A DNA stretch of 64,000 nt. Source: Monocercomonoides exilis PA203. Lineage: Eukaryota > Protista > Preaxostyla. Made by a program: the position numbers and the translations under genes. A model generated the notes under the pieces. It saw only the letters and a list, made by a program, of their open reading frames with translations, had not been told where the DNA came from and ran no database searches. The stretch spans positions 1,240,001-1,304,000 of the forward strand of contig LSRY02000016.1 of the NCBI GenBank assembly GCA_001643675.2, given 5' to 3'. The first letter of the stretch is position 1. Each line of letters starts with the position of its first letter. Below, in pieces: positions 62,701-64,000 of the stretch.

Positions 62701-64000
62701 ATCATTCTTCAGTTCCACCTCACAATCATTTTCGCTTGAAGATTGCTCACTGACATTTCAAGGCTCCCAGTCAGCGTTATCTTATGAATTTTTGTCAATA
62801 ACAGCAGGTGAAGTCTCTATTTCATCTTTTGTTGTATTATCATTGATAATTGGGAACTGTCCGTTGATTAATCTTGATGGAAACAATGCTGCTGGAACAT
62901 TCACTTCCATGAATATTGAGGATATTAGCTCGACAGGAAATAGTGTTTTGTTTGGGGTGGCGAATGGAGCATCTTTGACGAGTGAAGATTCAACACTTTC
63001 AGTGAAAGCATCTTCACAGGCAGATTTGCCATCAGGATCTATTCGAGTTATTTCAACATATTCTGGGAAGTCAATGAAATTGTCGAACAATACGATGAGT
63101 GGATTCAAGGGGATTGAAGGAAATGGAGGAGCTATTGAATGCACACTTGGGAGGGATTGCTTTCTGGAAATAGTTGGAGGGCTGATATCTGGGTGTGAGA
63201 GCAAAGGAGGAAATGGAGGAGGGTTGTGGGTTGAAATGGGAGAAGGATCGAGATTCGCTGTGGGAAATGTGACGGATGCTTCCCAAGCGAATTCAATGTA
63301 TTCAAATGATGAAAACGACTTATTTCAACTTGTGAGCTGCAAGGCAACGCAAACAGCAGGTGGGGAGCGTGGATATGGGGGAGGGATTTATCTTCATTTG
63401 AATGGTGGAGCGAGTTCATTCATCTTGAAGGATGTTTCATTTCCTGGGTGCGATGCGAGAAAAGGGAAAGAAATCTTCGTTAATGCACATGATCTTTCAG
63501 GTGTGATTGACAGAAACTCGATTGGATTTGATGTTGATTTGAATAACTTTTCAAAACTGAATGGATTTGAGAGATCAACGCTGAATGAGTCATTTGTCAT
63601 TCCGCTGGTTGTGTATTTGTGGAACAACTTTTCTGCATCAGCATTTGTTGGAGAAGAATCATCAAGCCATGATTTTTCGATGTGTGGATATGAAGCGTTT
63701 CCATGCTCCACAATCGCAAATGCTGCATCAGTCCATTTTGAAGGGAAGAAAAAAGATGTTACTGTTCTTGAGCCATTTGTCTTTGAGGAGGAATTGGGAT
63801 TTGATTCGGAAGAATGGAGCATCAAAGCAAAGGAGAATGAAATGAAGTGTGGAGTTGCTGATCTGACAGAAGGAGCACAAAGTGGATTGATGGAGAACAC
63901 AGTCACAACATCTGTAACTGGCATTGTATTTTCGATATCTCAATCGCTGACATATCATGAAAGTGTGTTTTGTTGTCGTTCAGAGAAGCTCACACTGAGC
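59717..64000 (+). CDS. Paralogous giant receptor gene, uninterrupted, runs off the right edge (absent from the ORF track because no stop is reached)
   Basis: Manually translated open frame from ATG 59717 (MVNKMIITLK...VSLLLFIQLA) through STNVLEGG and CEWVGCS..GGAVYV into FFCGFDETHPCETI at 61397. From there it is identical to the left gene. Confidence 0.88.
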   Translation, partial: MVNKMIITLKIHQFFRFKVSLLLFIQLAELFECSHLSAKSKKTELSALSIFSDEINRKSNFQSVSRFLDAEDIQIKEPGILEYFSNEDKRLFDLSASSSRVQTQINTVNSSIFVSSVFFKFLDTKSFLFIDKTSMCFLQSFSIENSEKISVSPFECCGSICVHNFSFASSVKQQMRSLISSTNLSNICLSSSIFSNLCLSDDGSVLHRGECAFEEIKECLFFNITQNHQKRCKDPSLFSRKSVFHSCVVVRSTNVLEGGLVCGCTFSSSFSSFNSSFVSNTRVSNSFIRKDRISTSDTQSLNSCEWVGCSSECGGAVYVFDNSEAKLTVTNSSFQDCFATKTRGGGIFAKNISECEVNNSIFVNCSCTTSEDNGGGGGIGYYQISKQTITSNCLFQNSWSADDAGGLSVWYCTSGEEEKCVLSCLFDNCSGNKEQGSAGGGSDVVYCYSKICFSSCCFKNCHSKGGGGGLYFDNNISISGMLLYFCFFHNNTAQFGGHDAVFYFETSNRIDTTCVTTRTSSNRVSTKWYSIEDKSDWLRNVGGRIRYVFNSSNYEHAKDSFFCGFDETHPCETIGHCISQLIPGYVEDVKILRGTMNIRDEVDAGTNSFAISGLEPTGSAVMTKLNSAGLSLFAVGAGKLNVSDLSVVHDSSRETNRQCRLFEVGNAGVMRMARLNISTDAAHSQNTFIETELILINGGEMEMSFVRWLKISLSTSLFDFSGSNANEVRAGNCSFSGIVRTTAGSSLINLSDRPFSVCIEDSTADGCGSEISLFGGGFMLEIGSEKYVKLNGGIVKNCYASATQGRGGGIGLKVKDISSDFMISSEFEGNRAKWGSDIFVDSINLESTAKSGKITSLTASISTINKIRGFDNGNETVPIPLCVYLISLPEEIVASNVDAFDNSYCGFTEFPCMTLNHSLTRQEEEKKIVIDGMTEVNSELMFDSFKHTIRGKDGNSGWKVIDDSDGSEGSMITVSANAYMMSLIFSVPSALPNHESFFSSTSQSFSLEDCSLTFQGSQSALSYEFLSITAGEVSISSFVVLSLIIGNCPLINLDGNNAAGTFTSMNIEDISSTGNSVLFGVANGASLTSEDSTLSVKASSQADLPSGSIRVISTYSGKSMKLSNNTMSGFKGIEGNGGAIECTLGRDCFLEIVGGLISGCESKGGNGGGLWVEMGEGSRFAVGNVTDASQANSMYSNDENDLFQLVSCKATQTAGGERGYGGGIYLHLNGGASSFILKDVSFPGCDARKGKEIFVNAHDLSGVIDRNSIGFDVDLNNFSKLNGFERSTLNESFVIPLVVYLWNNFSASAFVGEESSSHDFSMCGYEAFPCSTIANAASVHFEGKKKDVTVLEPFVFEEELGFDSEEWSIKAKENEMKCGVADLTEGAQSGLMENTVTTSVTGIVFSISQSLTYHESVFCCRSEKLTLS
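61397..64000. repeat. Right arm of the large inverted repeat (continues past the window)
   Basis: Reverse complement of 54908-57511. Confidence 0.95.

Noticed and set aside
1-64000. CRISPR arrays, rRNA genes, prokaryotic operons
   Set aside because: No regularly spaced repeat-spacer array or rRNA-like sequence; the intron-containing genes are eukaryotic.

Overview
Eukaryotic, AT-rich protist DNA with GT-AG introns and the standard genetic code. The gene families and low-complexity style suggest an oxymonad such as Monocercomonoides (inference, no search run). From left to right: a disrupted DIRS-type tyrosine-recombinase retrotransposon (gag, RT/RNase H/methyltransferase-like, YR; runs off the left edge); a decayed RNA-polymerase largest-subunit fragment; three copies of a lineage-specific intron-containing gene family; a very divergent importin-alpha-like gene; a ~3,250-aa beta-helix-type surface protein with a TM and short tail; several MITE/foldback-like inverted repeats; an ABCC/MRP transporter; tRNA-Ser(CGA); a divergent SMC4-like gene; and a small membrane protein. 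The most striking structure is at the right end. Two head-to-head giant receptor genes share an apparently identical >=2.6 kb inverted repeat (54908-57511 / 61397-64000) that starts exactly at a repeat-module boundary. Their N-terminal ~500-560 aa are homologous but strongly diverged. The left gene ends in a TM plus pseudokinase. This looks like a variable-N-terminus/constant-body receptor cassette (gene conversion or an invertible segment), but assembly collapse must be excluded.
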